From the human T2T-CHM13v2.0 reference genome, Homo sapiens, in assembly GCF_009914755.1 (NCBI RefSeq), contig NC_060935.1: a stretch of 64,000 nucleotides of DNA, one strand, 5' to 3'. Positions 15,328-35,130 of the stretch are shown here, one piece after another (position 1 is the stretch's first letter; every line of letters starts with the position of its first letter). A model generated the notes under the pieces. The model saw only the letters and a list, made by a program, of their open reading frames with translations, did not search any database and was not told the DNA's origin. Position numbers and translations under genes: made by a program.

Positions 15328-16669
15328 TGTGCTGTTTTTGTCAGGGCTTATTGTTTGGAAAACTAAATATCCTCTCTCAAAGAATGAAGGTTTTCACCTT
15401 TTCTTTGAAATCCCTGAATTATCACTTTGGTTAAATGAATAACTTATTTAACAATGACCTGTGATCCTATTTTGTGATATCAAGTGTTTTAAACCTTTGA
15501 TATTTGACAAACTTTCCAAAATCAAATTATAAATTATGTCTTTTTCTGATTTAATTAATCCTTTAAGGTATTATTAATAGGTTCCCTGAAGTCCAAAAAT
15601 GACATATTTGGCTTATCTGGTATAAAAATTATACAGGAATCATTGTCACATATAATATAGTGTTTGGTTTTCTTTGGGCTACGTTTATATAAATATGTTA
15701 TTGGTATGTGTTCCAAAATTATGGGAAACTCCTATAATTATAACTTAGTGTACATAGTGAGAAACATCTAGTGATATAACTTAAGTGTACCTTATCAGTA
15801 ATAATTATAATTCCTATGTTAAATTATTGTGTGCCACAGAGGTAACAAATGTCCTTGTCAATTGTGTCTTTGACTATGGCTGCTCTAAAACTGTTTGTCA
15901 TCCACAGACAATTGTTGTCTTGTTTTGGCCCTCTTTAGAAGGTGGTTTTATAATCAGCTATAGAACTCTTAACAGGTGTTCTTAAATGCAGGTTTCTGAT
16001 AACTTTGGAAGTTGTGACACTAGAATAGAGGAAAAAAGAAACTTTCAGGACTCTCATGGAGAGCTGAAATGTTCATGAGTATCAAGCAGAACAGGAGTTA
16101 ATTGCATAAACTGAACTGATAGAAGACTAAAGTAATCTTTTTGACTTTTGCTTTAAATGTTGCTGATTCTTTGTTTTTTTTTCAGAGTCAAGGAAACTTT
16201 TCTTTTGAGCTATTGACAGCTTTTAACAATTTAGTATACTCCTATGACTATAATTTGGAGCATATTTGTTTCTCTCTACCTGATTTCTCCAGAACTTGGG
16301 AATTATTTTTGAATATGCTTAACTGATGGCAATATCGTAATTTGCATAAGTATAGTAAGAATCTGTTTTCATTTTGCAACAGGACACAAACAGAGAAACT
16401 GGTTATTTTACCAAGGCTCTGACTGGAATGGTGTGCTTTCCTTTAGGGAATCAAACTTGACTTATGGAGCCAATAAAGCCCCTTGGGGAAACTGGCCTCA
16501 TACCTTCCCTGTACAGGGTTCCTGACCTGTGGTAAGTAAAGAATGTCACTTTCTGACAGGCCCAGGAGCCCCAAGTTTACTTTGGAACCTCAAGAGCAGA
16601 GGATCATCCAACTTATAGGTATTTAATGGCACAAATCCATGGCTGGGCTTGGCTTTAAATAAAGGTCTT

Positions 16670-16960
16670 AGCCGGGTGCAGTAACTCATGCCTGTAATCC
16701 CAGCACTTTGGGAGGCTGAGGTGGGTGGATTATTTGAGGTCAGGAGTTCGAGACCAGCCTGGCCAACATGGTGAAATCCTGACTCTACTAAAAACACAAA
16801 AATTAGCCGGGCGTTGTGACGTGCACCTATAATCCCAGCTACTTGGGAGGCTGAGGCAGGAGAATAGCTTGAACCTGGAAGGCAGAAGTTGCAGTGACCC
16901 AAGATTGTGCCACCGAACTCTAGCTTGGGGGACAGAGTGAGACTCCATCTCAAAAAAGAA
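16670..16960 (+). mobile_element. AluS
   Basis: Full dimer. Confidence 0.9.
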
Positions 16961-17357
16961 ATTATAAAAAATTTAAAAAGATCTTATCTGAGATTCCTTC
17001 TATAGAACAAAGTTCCATCAAAGCCAATTTAAAAGTGTATTTGAAAAATAATTATTCTTGCTGCATTCTATACAAATAATTAGGCCAAGTATAATAAAGC
17101 ACATCAGTCCTACCATGACTTTAGTAAAAATGGGAAACTGGAGAAAGAAAAATTATGTTTTGAAAACTGTAGTATACCTGTTGTTAGATTCTAGACTTGC
17201 CTAATGTTTTTCCATTTTCATTATTTTTGTACCATTTGGACAGAATTCTAATTTTTTTTTAGCTACACGTCTTCAAAATAAGGTTTTCAATTTTTCTTCT
17301 TTTTTTCCCCATTTTTTCTAGTTTGAAGTCATGGAAAACTAAGCTGTGCTTTCTGAT

Positions 17358-17893
<536 letters not shown>

Positions 17894-18209
17894 TAACAGC
17901 AACCTATTTACATACATAAGCCACTTTCATACTTGCCTACTGATGTATGGACTTCAGAGTAATCCAGCCTATAATGATTTTTCAGGATTGTTCTTTTGTT
18001 TGTTGTTTTTCTCCCTTGCTCCCCGTTTTCTTTTCATAGGACATGAGACTTCACAACCCTCTAAAAATGAACTTTCCTAATAACTCAGGACCTACTTGTT
18101 TAGGAATAAACCATCCTAGCCATGACAGATCAGATGAAACCTGAGACCACAAACTCATTTTCTTCTAAAATGCTTTTTCCAAAAGATTTTTAAAAAGAAA
18201 AGTGGGAAA

Positions 18210-18659
18210 TGTGAAAGGAAAATATCTTATGCCCCCAAAAATCAATACGCTAAAGGGAAAAGTCAAGCTGGAAACTGCTTAGGGCAAATCTGCCTCCCAT
18301 TCTATTCAAAGTCACCCCTCTGCTCACTGAGATAAAAACATATCTGACTGCCTCTTTTGAGGAGGCTAATCAGAAACTTAAAACAATGCAACCATTTTTT
18401 TCTTACGTACCTATGACCTGGAAGCCCCCTTCCTGCTTCAAGATGTCATGCCTTTCCAGACTGAACCAACGTTCTTCTTACATATATTGATTGATGTCTC
18501 ATGACTTCCTAAAATGTATAAAACCAAATTGTGCTGTGACCACCTCAGGTAAATGTCATCAGGACCTTCTGAGGCTGTGTCATAGGCACGCATCCTCAAC
18601 CTTGGCGAAATAAACTTTCTAAATTAACTGAGACATGTCTCAGATTTTTGGAGTACACA
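18210..18659 (+). repeat. 3' MER4A-type LTR
   Basis: TGTGAAAGGAAAATATCTT...GTACACA with AATAAA near the end. Confidence 0.85.
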
Positions 18660-19280
18660 TCTGATAAAACACAATGAGAAAAATATGGCATCACTTCTGT
18701 GATATTCCTGCTAAAGATGCATACCCTGTAAGGCTGCATTGAGCCGCGATCACGCCCCTGTACTCCAGCCTGGGCAACACAGTGAGACTCTGTCTCAAAA
18801 AAAGAAAAAAAAAAAGACACTTAACCTGAAACTAGTATCTAGGAAACATTAGGCAAACCCAAATTCAAGGAGATTTTACAAAATAACTGATCTGTAACCT
18901 CAAAATTGTCCAGGTGATGAAAGTCAAGGAAGAGCTGAGGAACTTTTCTAGATTGAAGGAAACTCATGAGACATGACACTAAATGCAATGTGCAATTCTG
19001 AATTGGATCCTTTTGCTAAGAAGTACAATGTTGCGACAACTGGCAAAACTTGAATGGGATCTGAGGAGTAGATGGTAGTAACAATGTTAATTTCCTGATT
19101 TTGATAGTCTTATTATGGCTATGTAGGACACAGATGTTTAAGAAAATACACCCTAAAATGTTCTGAGTAATTGGGCATAATATTAACAATTAATTTTCAA
19201 ATGGTTCAGGAAAAAAAAATTTTGTACTATACTTGCAACTTTTCTGAAAGCCTGAGATTATTTCAAAATAAAATACTTTT
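18660..19280 (+). mobile_element. Old L1 (L1MD/ME-type) 3' fragment containing a short Alu piece
   Basis: AAATGCAATGTG...GAATTGGATCC and GTTAATTTCCTGATTTTGAT motifs. Confidence 0.65.
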
Positions 19281-19355
19281 AAAATGCAATTACTTAAATT
19301 CTTCCCATGTTTCTTCCCACGTAAACGTCAAGCCAAAGGACATGGCTTCAGAAGC

Positions 19356-19664
<309 letters not shown>

Positions 19665-20624
19665 TAAATGCTTTATCTCCTCGCAGATGTTAACGAAATG
19701 CAATTCTGAATTTTGGCAGGGGTTTTTTTTTTTCTTCATTTCGCTTTGTCTTGTCTGAAGCTTCAGGGCAAAATCCATGATTATTGAACTATCGTCTATT
19801 TTACCTCCATTTTTATATATTAAACCTTATTAAGCACTACTATGTGCTGGGCCATGTACTAAATCTTTTTCAGGCATTATTTCTTTTAACCTTGATCTCT
19901 TGCTACTTCCCCCTTCATACTCCAGCCTAGAGCACGGGGACTCCTCTAGGCTTTCTCTGTTTGCAAAATGCAGTGCCTCTGCCTCTCTTCTTTCTCCCTC
20001 TTCTCTTTACCCCTTAACTCCTATTTATTCTTCAGGTTTCAGCTAGGATGACACTTCCTCCAAGGAGCCTTTCCTTAAGTCTGAGTGGGGGCCCCTCCCT
20101 GTGCCCAGGCCTTTCTTCTTTTACCATTGTACTTTTACACTATATTTTAATTTTGTTTTCTCTTCTGTTCCCTCTTCTATGCTATTCAAGAGCAAGGACT
20201 GTTTTTACTGCTGTTTTACCAAAGCTAACAGAGGTCTTCGTCCATGATGTCACTCTCAAGAGACTTTAATTGGTGATTTCTTGTTTCTGAAAATAGGAAG
20301 GTTGATTTGATGCAAAATATCCAATCAGTAGTAATTAATTATGTTAATTTTGCCCTTGTTCTTTAATTTAAAAAATGTCCAAAGTCCTTTTAATGACAAT
20401 ATGTATTACCACGATACTAAAATTTCTTACCAAAGTCCAAAACACTGGTTTTCTACATGACTCTTCCGGGTAAAAGTGAATTATCAGCAGAGCAGTAAAT
20501 AAAATACATTCACATTAATCCTCAAGTGACTTCAAGTCTAGGGGAGCACTGAAAGGGTTACATTCATAGGATTGATTTAAAGGCAACTTCTTTAAACAGC
20601 AGTGACTTAAAAGTAATTCTAATT

Positions 20625-20749
20625 GCCGGGCGCGGTGGCTCACGCCTGTAATCCCAGCACTTTGGGAGGCCGAGGCGGGCAGATCACAAGGTCAGGAGAT
20701 CAAGATCATCCTGGCTAACACAGTGAAACGCCATCTCTGCTAAAAAATA

Positions 20750-20793
<44 letters not shown>

Positions 20794-20960
20794 CCAGGTG
20801 TGGTGGCAGGCGCCTGTAGTCCCAGCTACTCGGGAGGCTGAGGCAGGAGAATGGCGTGAACCCGGGAGCAGAAGTTGCAGTGAGCTGAGATCACGCCATT
20901 ACACTCCAGTCTGGGAGACAGAGCGAGACTCTGTCTTAAAAAAATAATAATAATAAATAA
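20625..20960 (+). mobile_element. AluY with A42 central linker
   Basis: AluY diagnostics; TSD TAATTCTAATT; A-run 20751-20792. Confidence 0.9.
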
Positions 20961-21029
20961 TTCTAATTTAAATTCTTTCTGGCCAGGCAATCAACACAGG
21001 AAAGAGAAAAGGTCTTGATTTTCTACTAG

Positions 21030-21960
<931 letters not shown>

Positions 21961-22349
21961 GACTCCGGACGCGCTCCACCTCACGCAGCCGTATTCCTGC
22001 TTTCAAAGCAGATGGAAGAGGTGCGCCAGGACCCCCAGTTCTTGGAAACAGACCTCTCCAGTTACCTGTTGTTTCCTCTTCACGAAGAGTGCATGTAACA
22101 GTAAGACACAACTGTTTCATATTATACGTAAAGAGTTCATGCCAAAGGTTATAGACAGTCACATGCTAAAACTAGGCTACACTTTGAAGAATCACCGCTC
22201 AAGTTCTGGAAAAAAGAGGTGACTGTTGAACAACACTGTGAGGGTAATCGATGCCACTGAAATATACACTTAAATTGATTAAAGTGGCGAATTTTATCTG
22301 GCATATATTACCACCATTTTTAGAAATGTTTTTTGGCAGGTGAAGAAAA

Positions 22350-23620
22350 GCAAGGCTCCAGGAGGCCCTGCGCACCGGTCTACGCCCACTAACTCACCCG
22401 CCCCCTGCGCCGCGTCTCCCCTCTCAATTTCAGTCGCCCATTGATAAAAACGAGGTGGCTATGTGAGATGGCCTTCAGCGGTCTTTCCAGCTCCACGGTT
22501 TTACAGTGTGGAGCGGGGAAAGAAAAACTCTAAGGTCCTCGCTGCAAAGCAACCGTCAGAGCTCCGCCGCGCCGTGCCGCTCCTCTCCGCCCCGTGGTCC
22601 GGGTGTCACCGCCCGCAGGGGCGCAAGGGCCGCAGCACGCGTGCGCAGTGGGCACCAAGAGCGCTGCGTCGACCGCGCCGCGCCGGCCCTCCGCCGCCGC
22701 GCCCGCCTACAAGGCCCTGAGGGAGACTGCGGAGGGTGAGTGCGCGGTGGGCTCGGCTGACCGTTGGCCCTGCGGCCGGCGCCCTAGGCTACCTCCCTTC
22801 GCCTCCCCGCGCCTCCCCGCGCCTCCCCGCCTCCCCGCCTCCCCGCCTCCTCGGCTCTGGTTCCAACACCCCAGCGCCAAGCCGGGGAGGCGGGGAGGAC
22901 TTCTTAAGTGTGCCGCTCGGGAGCCTCCCGCTCGTCCCGCCCCGAGGGGCGTGAGGAGGGGAGGGGCTGCGGACTTCGGACTCGGGCCTGGAGACCGCCT
23001 CCTACCCAGAGCCGGAGCCCGCAACCCGCTCAGGCGGCGACGGAGCCATGTCGCCGCTGCTGGGGCTCCGGTCCGAGCTGCAGGACACCTGCACCTCGCT
23101 GGGACTGATGCTGTCGGTGGTGCTGCTCATGGGGCTGGCCCGCGTAGTCGCCCGGCAGCAGCTGCACAGGCCGGTGGCCCACGCCTTCGTCCTGGAGTTT
23201 CTAGCCACCTTCCAGCTCTGCTGCTGCACCCACGAGCTGCAACTGCTGAGCGAACAGCACCCCGCGCACCCCACCTGGACGCTGACGCTCGTCTACTTCT
23301 TCTCGCTTGTGCATGGCCTGACTCTGGTGGGCACGTCCAGCAACCCGTGCGGCGTGATGATGCAGATGATGCTGGGGGGCATGTCCCCCGAGACGGGTGC
23401 GGTGAGGCTATTGGCTCAGCTGGTTAGTGCCCTGTGCAGCAGGTACTGCACAAGCGCCTTGTGGAGCTTGGGTCTGACCCAGTATCACGTCAGCGAGAGG
23501 AGCTTCGCTTGCAAGAATCCCATCCGAGTCGACTTGCTCAAAGCGGTCATCACAGAGGCCGTCTGCTCCTTTCTCTTCCACAGCGCTCTGCTGCACTTCC
23601 AGGAAGTCCGAACCAAGCTT
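22350..23620. promoter_or_regulatory. AQP11: CpG island / AQP11 promoter
   Basis: Very high GC and CpG density; GC boxes; palindrome GCACGCGTGC 22635-22644 (NRF1-like); no obvious TATA box. Confidence 0.88.
22801..22850. repeat. (GC)CTCCCCGC tandem repeat, 5 units
   Basis: GCCTCCCCGC x3 then CTCCCCGC x2. Confidence 0.9.
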
Positions 23621-23666
23621 CGTATCCACCTGCTGGCTGCACTCATCACCTTTTTGGTCTATGCAG
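23048..23666 (+). CDS. AQP11: Aquaporin-11 coding exon 1 (619 nt)
   Basis: Good Kozak GGAGCCATG; MSPLLGLRSELQDTCTSLG...NPCG...FLVYA; donor CAG|GTTTGT at 23667. Confidence 0.97.
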
Positions 23667-24159
23667 GTTTGTCATTCTCACCAAATACTTGGCACTTCCA
23701 GAGCCTCTATGACATGAGGCTGTAAGTTCTTTACTAAAATACATTTGAAACCGTCTATCCCGCTATGATGTAAATGCTGGTATCCCCGTTATTCTAACCA
23801 TTTTGCAGCCCGTTCTTAACCAGTAGGGCCGACACGTAGAGCCTTCATGCAGTGCTGCTTTGAACACCCAGAGAAAGGAGCCACCTCTGTGCTGAAACTG
23901 AGATACTGTGAGATATTGCCAAGGGTTCAGATATCCTACAAAGGGATTGTTTTAATGGTAGAAAGGAAAGATAACTTATTAACTGCCTCTTTCTTCATGC
24001 CAAGGTGGTATAGATCGTTTCGGATACTCTTACTGAAAAATGATCCTGGCTTTACAAAGTTCCTTTCGATTTAAAGCACAAGGCACATGATTGGTTAGTA
24101 TAAGAGCGGAGGGTAGAAATTTTGTAGTTCCATTTTAGTCCTATAAATGATTTAAAGTC

Positions 24160-24232
24160 ATTTCTTATTTCCTTAATAATTCATTTTGAGTTATGAAATT
24201 TCTTATTTCCTTAATAATTCATTTTGAGTTAT
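24160..24232. repeat. 35-bp perfect direct duplication
   Basis: ATTTCTTATTTCCTTAATAATTCATTTTGAGTTAT twice, separated by GAA. Confidence 0.95.
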
Positions 24233-24642
24233 ACATGAACTTTTAAGTGACCTATTAAGAAAAATGTTTAAATGATAACTTGCTTCAAATTAAAGATGCT
24301 TTTTAAAATATAACTCTTGAGAAATCTGTTGATTTCTTTTAAACCATTTGTTTACTTTGACAGATCTCAGATGCAGTGGGCAATCTAGTCCTAAGTGGGA
24401 GGAGGAAATCCAAAACACAAGTATTTAATGATGAAATGTGTCATTTTAAATGATTACAACAGAATATCTTTATTGGGACTACATCTAAATTATAAAAGAC
24501 TGTGGAGGCAGAAATAACAACAAAGGAAATTTGTGGTAATAATCTTCTGCCCATTAAAAGTGAAACAATGACTAGAAGCAAACTTCAAGATAAGGACTCC
24601 TAAACACGTACTTGACCTTCTAGGGTAAAAATGAAAGCCTTC

Positions 24643-25350
24643 AGCCGGGCGCGGTGGCTCACGCCTGTAATCCCAGCACTTTGGGAGACCGAGGTGGGTG
24701 GATCACCTGAGGTCAGGAGTTTGAGACCAGCCTCGCCAACATGGTGAAACCCCGTCTCTACTAAAAATACAAAAAAAATTTAGCCAGGCATGGTGGTGGG
24801 CGCCTGTAATCTCAGCTACTCGGGAATCTGAGGCGGGAGAATTGCTGGAACCCGGGAGGCGGAGGTTGCAGTGAGCTGAGATCGCGCCATTTTACTCCAG
24901 CCCAGGCGACAACAGTGAGACTCTGTCTCAAAAAAAAGAAAGAAAGCAAGCCTTCCCAATCAATTTCCCCTTCTTTAGGTCTAGTACCACTTTTTAAGTA
25001 GACATAAATGGAAATAAGTGGTATAGAAGAGTGAAGGGGGCCGGGCACGGTGGCTCACACCTGTCATCCCAACACTTTGGGAGGCCAAGGCAGGTGGATC
25101 GCTTGAGCCCAGGCGTTCGAGACTAGCCTGGGCAACATAAGAGAAATCCCATCTCTCCAAAAAATACAAAAATTAGCCGGGCGTGCTGGTGCGCACTTGT
25201 AGTCCCAACTACTTGGGAGGCTAAGGTGGGAGGATCACCCAAGTCCAGGAGGTTGAGATTGTGGTGAGCTGTGATAGTGCCACTGCACTCCAGCCTGGGT
25301 TATAGAGACCCTGTCTGTCTCAAAAGAAAAAAAAAAAGAAAAAGAGAAAA
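24643..25350 (+). mobile_element. Two Alus (AluSx ~24643-24946; AluJ ~25039-25350)
   Basis: Alu consensus with A tails. Confidence 0.9.
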
Positions 25351-25881
25351 AGAGTGACAAGTACAGGCATATTTGAGGGATTGGTGGGTAGTTGCTTATT
25401 TATTGAAGTTTTAGATTTTAGCTAAAGCAGAAACATCCCCTGTATATGAACAGAATTGTCACTGCAAAAAGAGTTATGCTATGGTTTAGCTCTTTATTTC
25501 TACAATTAAAAGCAGTAAAAACTTAAAAAAGAATTTTTACATCAATAGAACATTAACTACAGTTGGATTTTTCAATACCTATGTTCCTCTTCCCTCTCTT
25601 GATTAACCTGAAGTTGATATTCTTTCTGTCTACTTTTAATACATATTTATGATTCCATAGATAATACTGTATATATTAGCCATTCCCTATTTTATCAGTG
25701 ACAAAAAATTTGAGAGAAGAGACACAGATAATACTTGGAGTTATAGATCCAGTCATAGATATAAGGAAAGTTATTAGAAGTATCTATAAAATATCAACAG
25801 ATCAAAAACACTGCCCTTTTTTTCTTGAAATGAGGGTACTAATTGATGGGGGAGAGGGAGAGTATAAAGGGAACACTAGAG

Positions 25882-26200
25882 CAGTGTTTCTCTCTGTATT
25901 AAAATCACCTGGGGAGCTCTTTAAACGTCCTTGTTCTGGGCCCACAGATTAAAATCCAATTGCTCTGGCAAGGGGCCTAGGCAGCGGTGTATTGTAAAGC
26001 TTCACAGGTGATCCCATTATGAAACCAAGGTAAAGAAGCACTGCTTTAGGAGTCTAGACCTGCACTGTGCAATTCAGTAGCCACTAGCTGCATGTGGCTG
26101 TTTACACTTAAATTAACTGAAATTAGATTCAGAGTAGCCACATTTCAAGTGGTCAGTTGTCAAATTGTGCTGTAGCTAGTGGGTACAGGATTGGACAGTG
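25882..26200. mobile_element. hAT-Charlie fossils (MER5-like ~25882-26043; MER3/MER33-like ~26058-26200)
   Basis: CAGTGTTTCTC...AATCACCTGGGGAGC...AGAAGCACTG termini; GTAGCCACTAGC..CATGTGGCT motif. Confidence 0.65.
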
Positions 26201-26408
26201 CTAGAGTCTGTTTGCATGGGTAGAACAAAATAGACAATTGTTGATTACTATTAGTTACAGAAATTTATAATGCAGTATGATCTTCCCTTTGTTTGTTTTC
26301 TGCCAATATAAGGGAGATAAGAATATTCAGTTGTCAGCTGTTATAGGCCAAGCATTTTGCAAGGAAATTTATGAGAGTTATCTTAATTAATTCTTACAAC
26401 AACCCATC

Positions 26409-26792
<384 letters not shown>

Positions 26793-26904
26793 TTATCTAA
26801 GCTTACATAACTAGACTGTGTTAGAACTATGGTTCCAACTGGCACTAAAGCTCATACGGATTCATTATCAGCATTTCCACAGTGTGCTCCTCAAAAGTTA
26901 ACAA

Positions 26905-27295
26905 AACTATACACAATTGAATATATTCAGCCATAAAAAGGAATGAAGTTATGATGTATACTACAACATGAATGAACCTCAAAAACAATATGCCAAGCAA
27001 AATAAGCCAGACACAAAAAGACAAATACTGTATGGCTCTACATATACAAAATATCTAGATTAGGCAACTTCATAGAGACAGAAAGTAGAATAGAGTTACC
27101 AGGGACTGTGGGGAGGAGGGAGGAATGGGGACTTATTGTTTAATGGGTACAAAGTTTCTGTTTATGTTATGAAAACCTTTGGAAATGGTGCTGCTGGTGA
27201 AACAGCATGGTGAATGTAACACCAATGACTTATACACTTAAAAATGGCTAAAATGGCATACTTTATGGTATATATATATTTCACCATAATTTATA
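26905..27295 (+). mobile_element. Old L1 (L1MB/ME) 3' fragment
   Basis: ATTCAGCCATAAAAAGGAATGAA and ATAGAGACAGAAAGTAGAATAG motifs. Confidence 0.8.
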
Positions 27296-28086
27296 CAATT
27301 TTTAAGTTACAAAATGATGTTGTTGCCAAATAAATTTGGCAGACACTGGATTAAACAGGTTTTCTAATTTTAAGACTTCATAGAGCCTTTACTATGCTTC
27401 TAAGTATTGTGAAACTCCAAGAGGAGGATTTGGAGCACAGTTTTTCAAACTTACGAGATCCTCTTGTCTAGGAGTGTGTAGCAGAAGAGAACATACTTTG
27501 GGAAATGCTGCACTAAGTCCCATCTCTCCCTTTTATTTTCTATGGCTATAAGTCATAACTTTGGAACAGAGTTGTTACAAATAGGACTGTCTTGGGACAG
27601 TTGGCTAAGTCAGGCATCATTACAAGTTATTATGATATGTCTTTTTTAAGCTTCTAGGATACTACAAGTACAGATTTGACAAAGGTGCACCTTGGGAGAT
27701 TTCTTTAATCACTTGCATTTTGAGGGCACTGAGAAGTCACCAATACAGGGTACATCAAAATAACTTATGTATTTTAGGATTACAGAACATAAGCATCCAG
27801 CAACATAGCCACAGGCTCCTAAGGATAGCCAGTGACCAAGTGTCTGTGTATTTATTGATTTAGCACCCCAAATTTTGATGGCACATGGAGCCCCAGTTAT
27901 GTCATTGCCATTTATCGTGTATTAACTGGCTCCCCTAATCGTGTAAAAAAAAAAAAAGCTGTGCGATTTATTAACATATTAGAGCTATAAACTGTTAATC
28001 AGATTTCAAGCAAATCTTCCTTACTTTGGGTTCTGGAAGAATTTAGTTCAATGAACAGTTTGAGAGAGAGCTGCATTCATTTTTTA

Positions 28087-29015
<929 letters not shown>

Positions 29016-29130
29016 AAGAGAGAAGGGAACATATGTTCTTTTTAAATAGGAGCTATTATCAATTTACAAATGAAAAACACCTTCAAAGGTCCAAAATTTA
29101 TTTTGTTATGCCAGTATAATATAGTGGTTA

Positions 29131-29508
<378 letters not shown>

Positions 29509-29588
29509 ATATATATATATATATGTAAATATATATGTGTAAATATATGTGTAAATATATATGTGTAAATATATATGTAAATATATAT

Positions 29589-29622
<34 letters not shown>
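29509..29622. repeat. (TA)n / (TGTAAATATATA)n compound microsatellite
   Basis: Directly visible, extending the Alu tail. Confidence 0.92.
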
Positions 29623-29625
<3 letters not shown>

Positions 29626-29633
29626 ATGGTTAA

Positions 29634-31093
<1,460 letters not shown>

Positions 31094-31754
31094 TAGAGAG
31101 GTATTTTCAACTCCTGACAATGATATTTTATCAGAGCTCATCAGGGTATGATAACACTCCTTTTGCTTTGCTTACGTGCTCATTAAAATGGGTTCTCTGG
31201 AGAGGGAAGACAAATATTCCAGTTACTAGAAAGCTAGCTTCCACTCTAAATGAATAAATAGACCTTCCAGCTTCTACATGGGTGTTATGTGATATTTAAC
31301 TAGTATTCTTCTGTCACAGAGAATTTTATTCCCTTTAGGAATATTGAGAAACTTTAGTGCCTAAAATTGCCAGATTTGAGACTTAGCCTCTGGCTGTGGT
31401 AATTTCACCAAATCCATGCTGTCCTCTGACTCTTGGCAGTGGACTAGCTGGATCTCCCGGTTATACCTCTTCTTCAACATGCATGATTGTCATCTCCCCT
31501 TCAAATGTCAATAAATAGTAACTTGTTTTTTGAAGCCATCTTTTGATAGTTCCATGCCTGATGATTCTTTAAAAAATAATTCATTTTTAATTACACAATA
31601 CGTGATATGTTCTCTATGTAAAAAATTCAAAGACTAAAGTGCCTTTTGACTGCCATCCTCCATGCCTGCATGCCTGTTTCCTTTCCTTCCCTGTCTACTC
31701 TTCCTTCCACGGTAATCCTTGTCTCTGATGTTTGTGTTACAACCTTCCAAACTG

Positions 31755-33325
<1,571 letters not shown>

Positions 33326-33786
33326 GGAATGACATATTATTATATATATTATTGTATATGCGTATACTTGTGTTAACATTAAAAAGTATCATACCTTACT
33401 CAGCAGGCTTTATTCCTGATAGCCAAGAGCCGGAAACAACTATCTGGATGTCCTTTAAGGGGCAAGTAGTTAAACAAATAGTTGGGGTAGTTGTGGAATG
33501 CAGAGAAGTGTTTGGAGATATATATTGGAGGAAGAAAGGGCAAGACACAGTCACAGGTCATTTATGACATGGAAGATACAGGATGAGGAAACAATTTGCT
33601 TTTTTTGGTGGTAGTTGTTCAACGATACATCTTGTATATCTACCTATGTTAGTAAAGAGATTTCTCTCATTATTTCAAAACACTGCATGATATTCCAAAG
33701 TAATAGTAAATTTGTTTAGGGCTGTTTTCCTATGAATGGACATTTAGGTTTTTCCTAGTTCTTTGCTACAATAACCAATCTTGTAG

Positions 33787-34290
<504 letters not shown>

Positions 34291-34354
34291 TAAGACATTA
34301 AAGCCAATGCCATGTTTTTAGTTTTTGTTAACACAGAACCCACACCTGACATGG

Positions 34355-35130
34355 ATTTCTGTATCAGTTAACTATTGCTGTGTAACACACCATTCAAAAC
34401 TTTTTTTTTTTTTTTTTTTTTTGAGACAGGATCTCACTCTGTCACCCAGGCTGGAGAGCGGTGGCACAATCTCGACTCACTGCAGCCTCAACCTCTGCAG
34501 GCTCAGTTTATTCTCCTGCCTTAGCCTCCCAAGTAGCTGGGACCACAGGCATGTGGCACCACAACCAGCTAATTTTTGTATTTCTTATAGAAACGGGGTT
34601 TTGCTATGTTGCCTGAGCTCATTACAAACTCCTGGGCTCAAGTGATCCACCCGCTTCAGCCTTCCAAGGTGTTAGGATTACAGGCATGAGCCACCATGCC
34701 TGGCCCCAAAACTGAGAATAACTTATTTTTCATGATTCTGTGGGTTATAGATGGGCAGTTCCTCTGAGATCTCTCATATAGCTGCATTCAGCTGACCAGT
34801 GGTGAGGCTGGAAAGCCCAAGGTAGCCTCACTCATATGTCTGGCAGTTGTCAGCTGTCATCTAAGATGCCTCAGTTCTCTTCCGTGTGGCCTTTCATCCT
34901 CCAGCAACCTAGACCAGCAAACTTACATGGTCAGGGCATTCTTCCAAGAGAGCAAAAAGTGGAAGCTGATGGGTTTATTGAGATGTGAACCTAGAATTCA
35001 CACAGCATCACTCCTGTTACATTCAGAATTCCCATAGCCCTACTCTGCTGCATTCTATCAACACAAGTTGCAAAGCCAGCTCATTTTTAAGAGAGGGAAA
35101 GTAGACAACGTCTTGCTGGGAGAAGCAGCT
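34355..35130. mobile_element. MLT1-type LTR interrupted by AluJ (~34400-34705, minus)
   Basis: CTATTGCTGTGTAACA; CATGATTCTGTGGGTT; CACTCATATGTCTGGCAGTTG. Confidence 0.65.

Noticed and set aside
22594-23427. 277-aa ORF overlapping AQP11 exon 1 in another frame, and other CpG-island ORFs
   Set aside because: GTG start; Ala/Arg/Pro-rich composition expected from stop-poor GC-rich DNA
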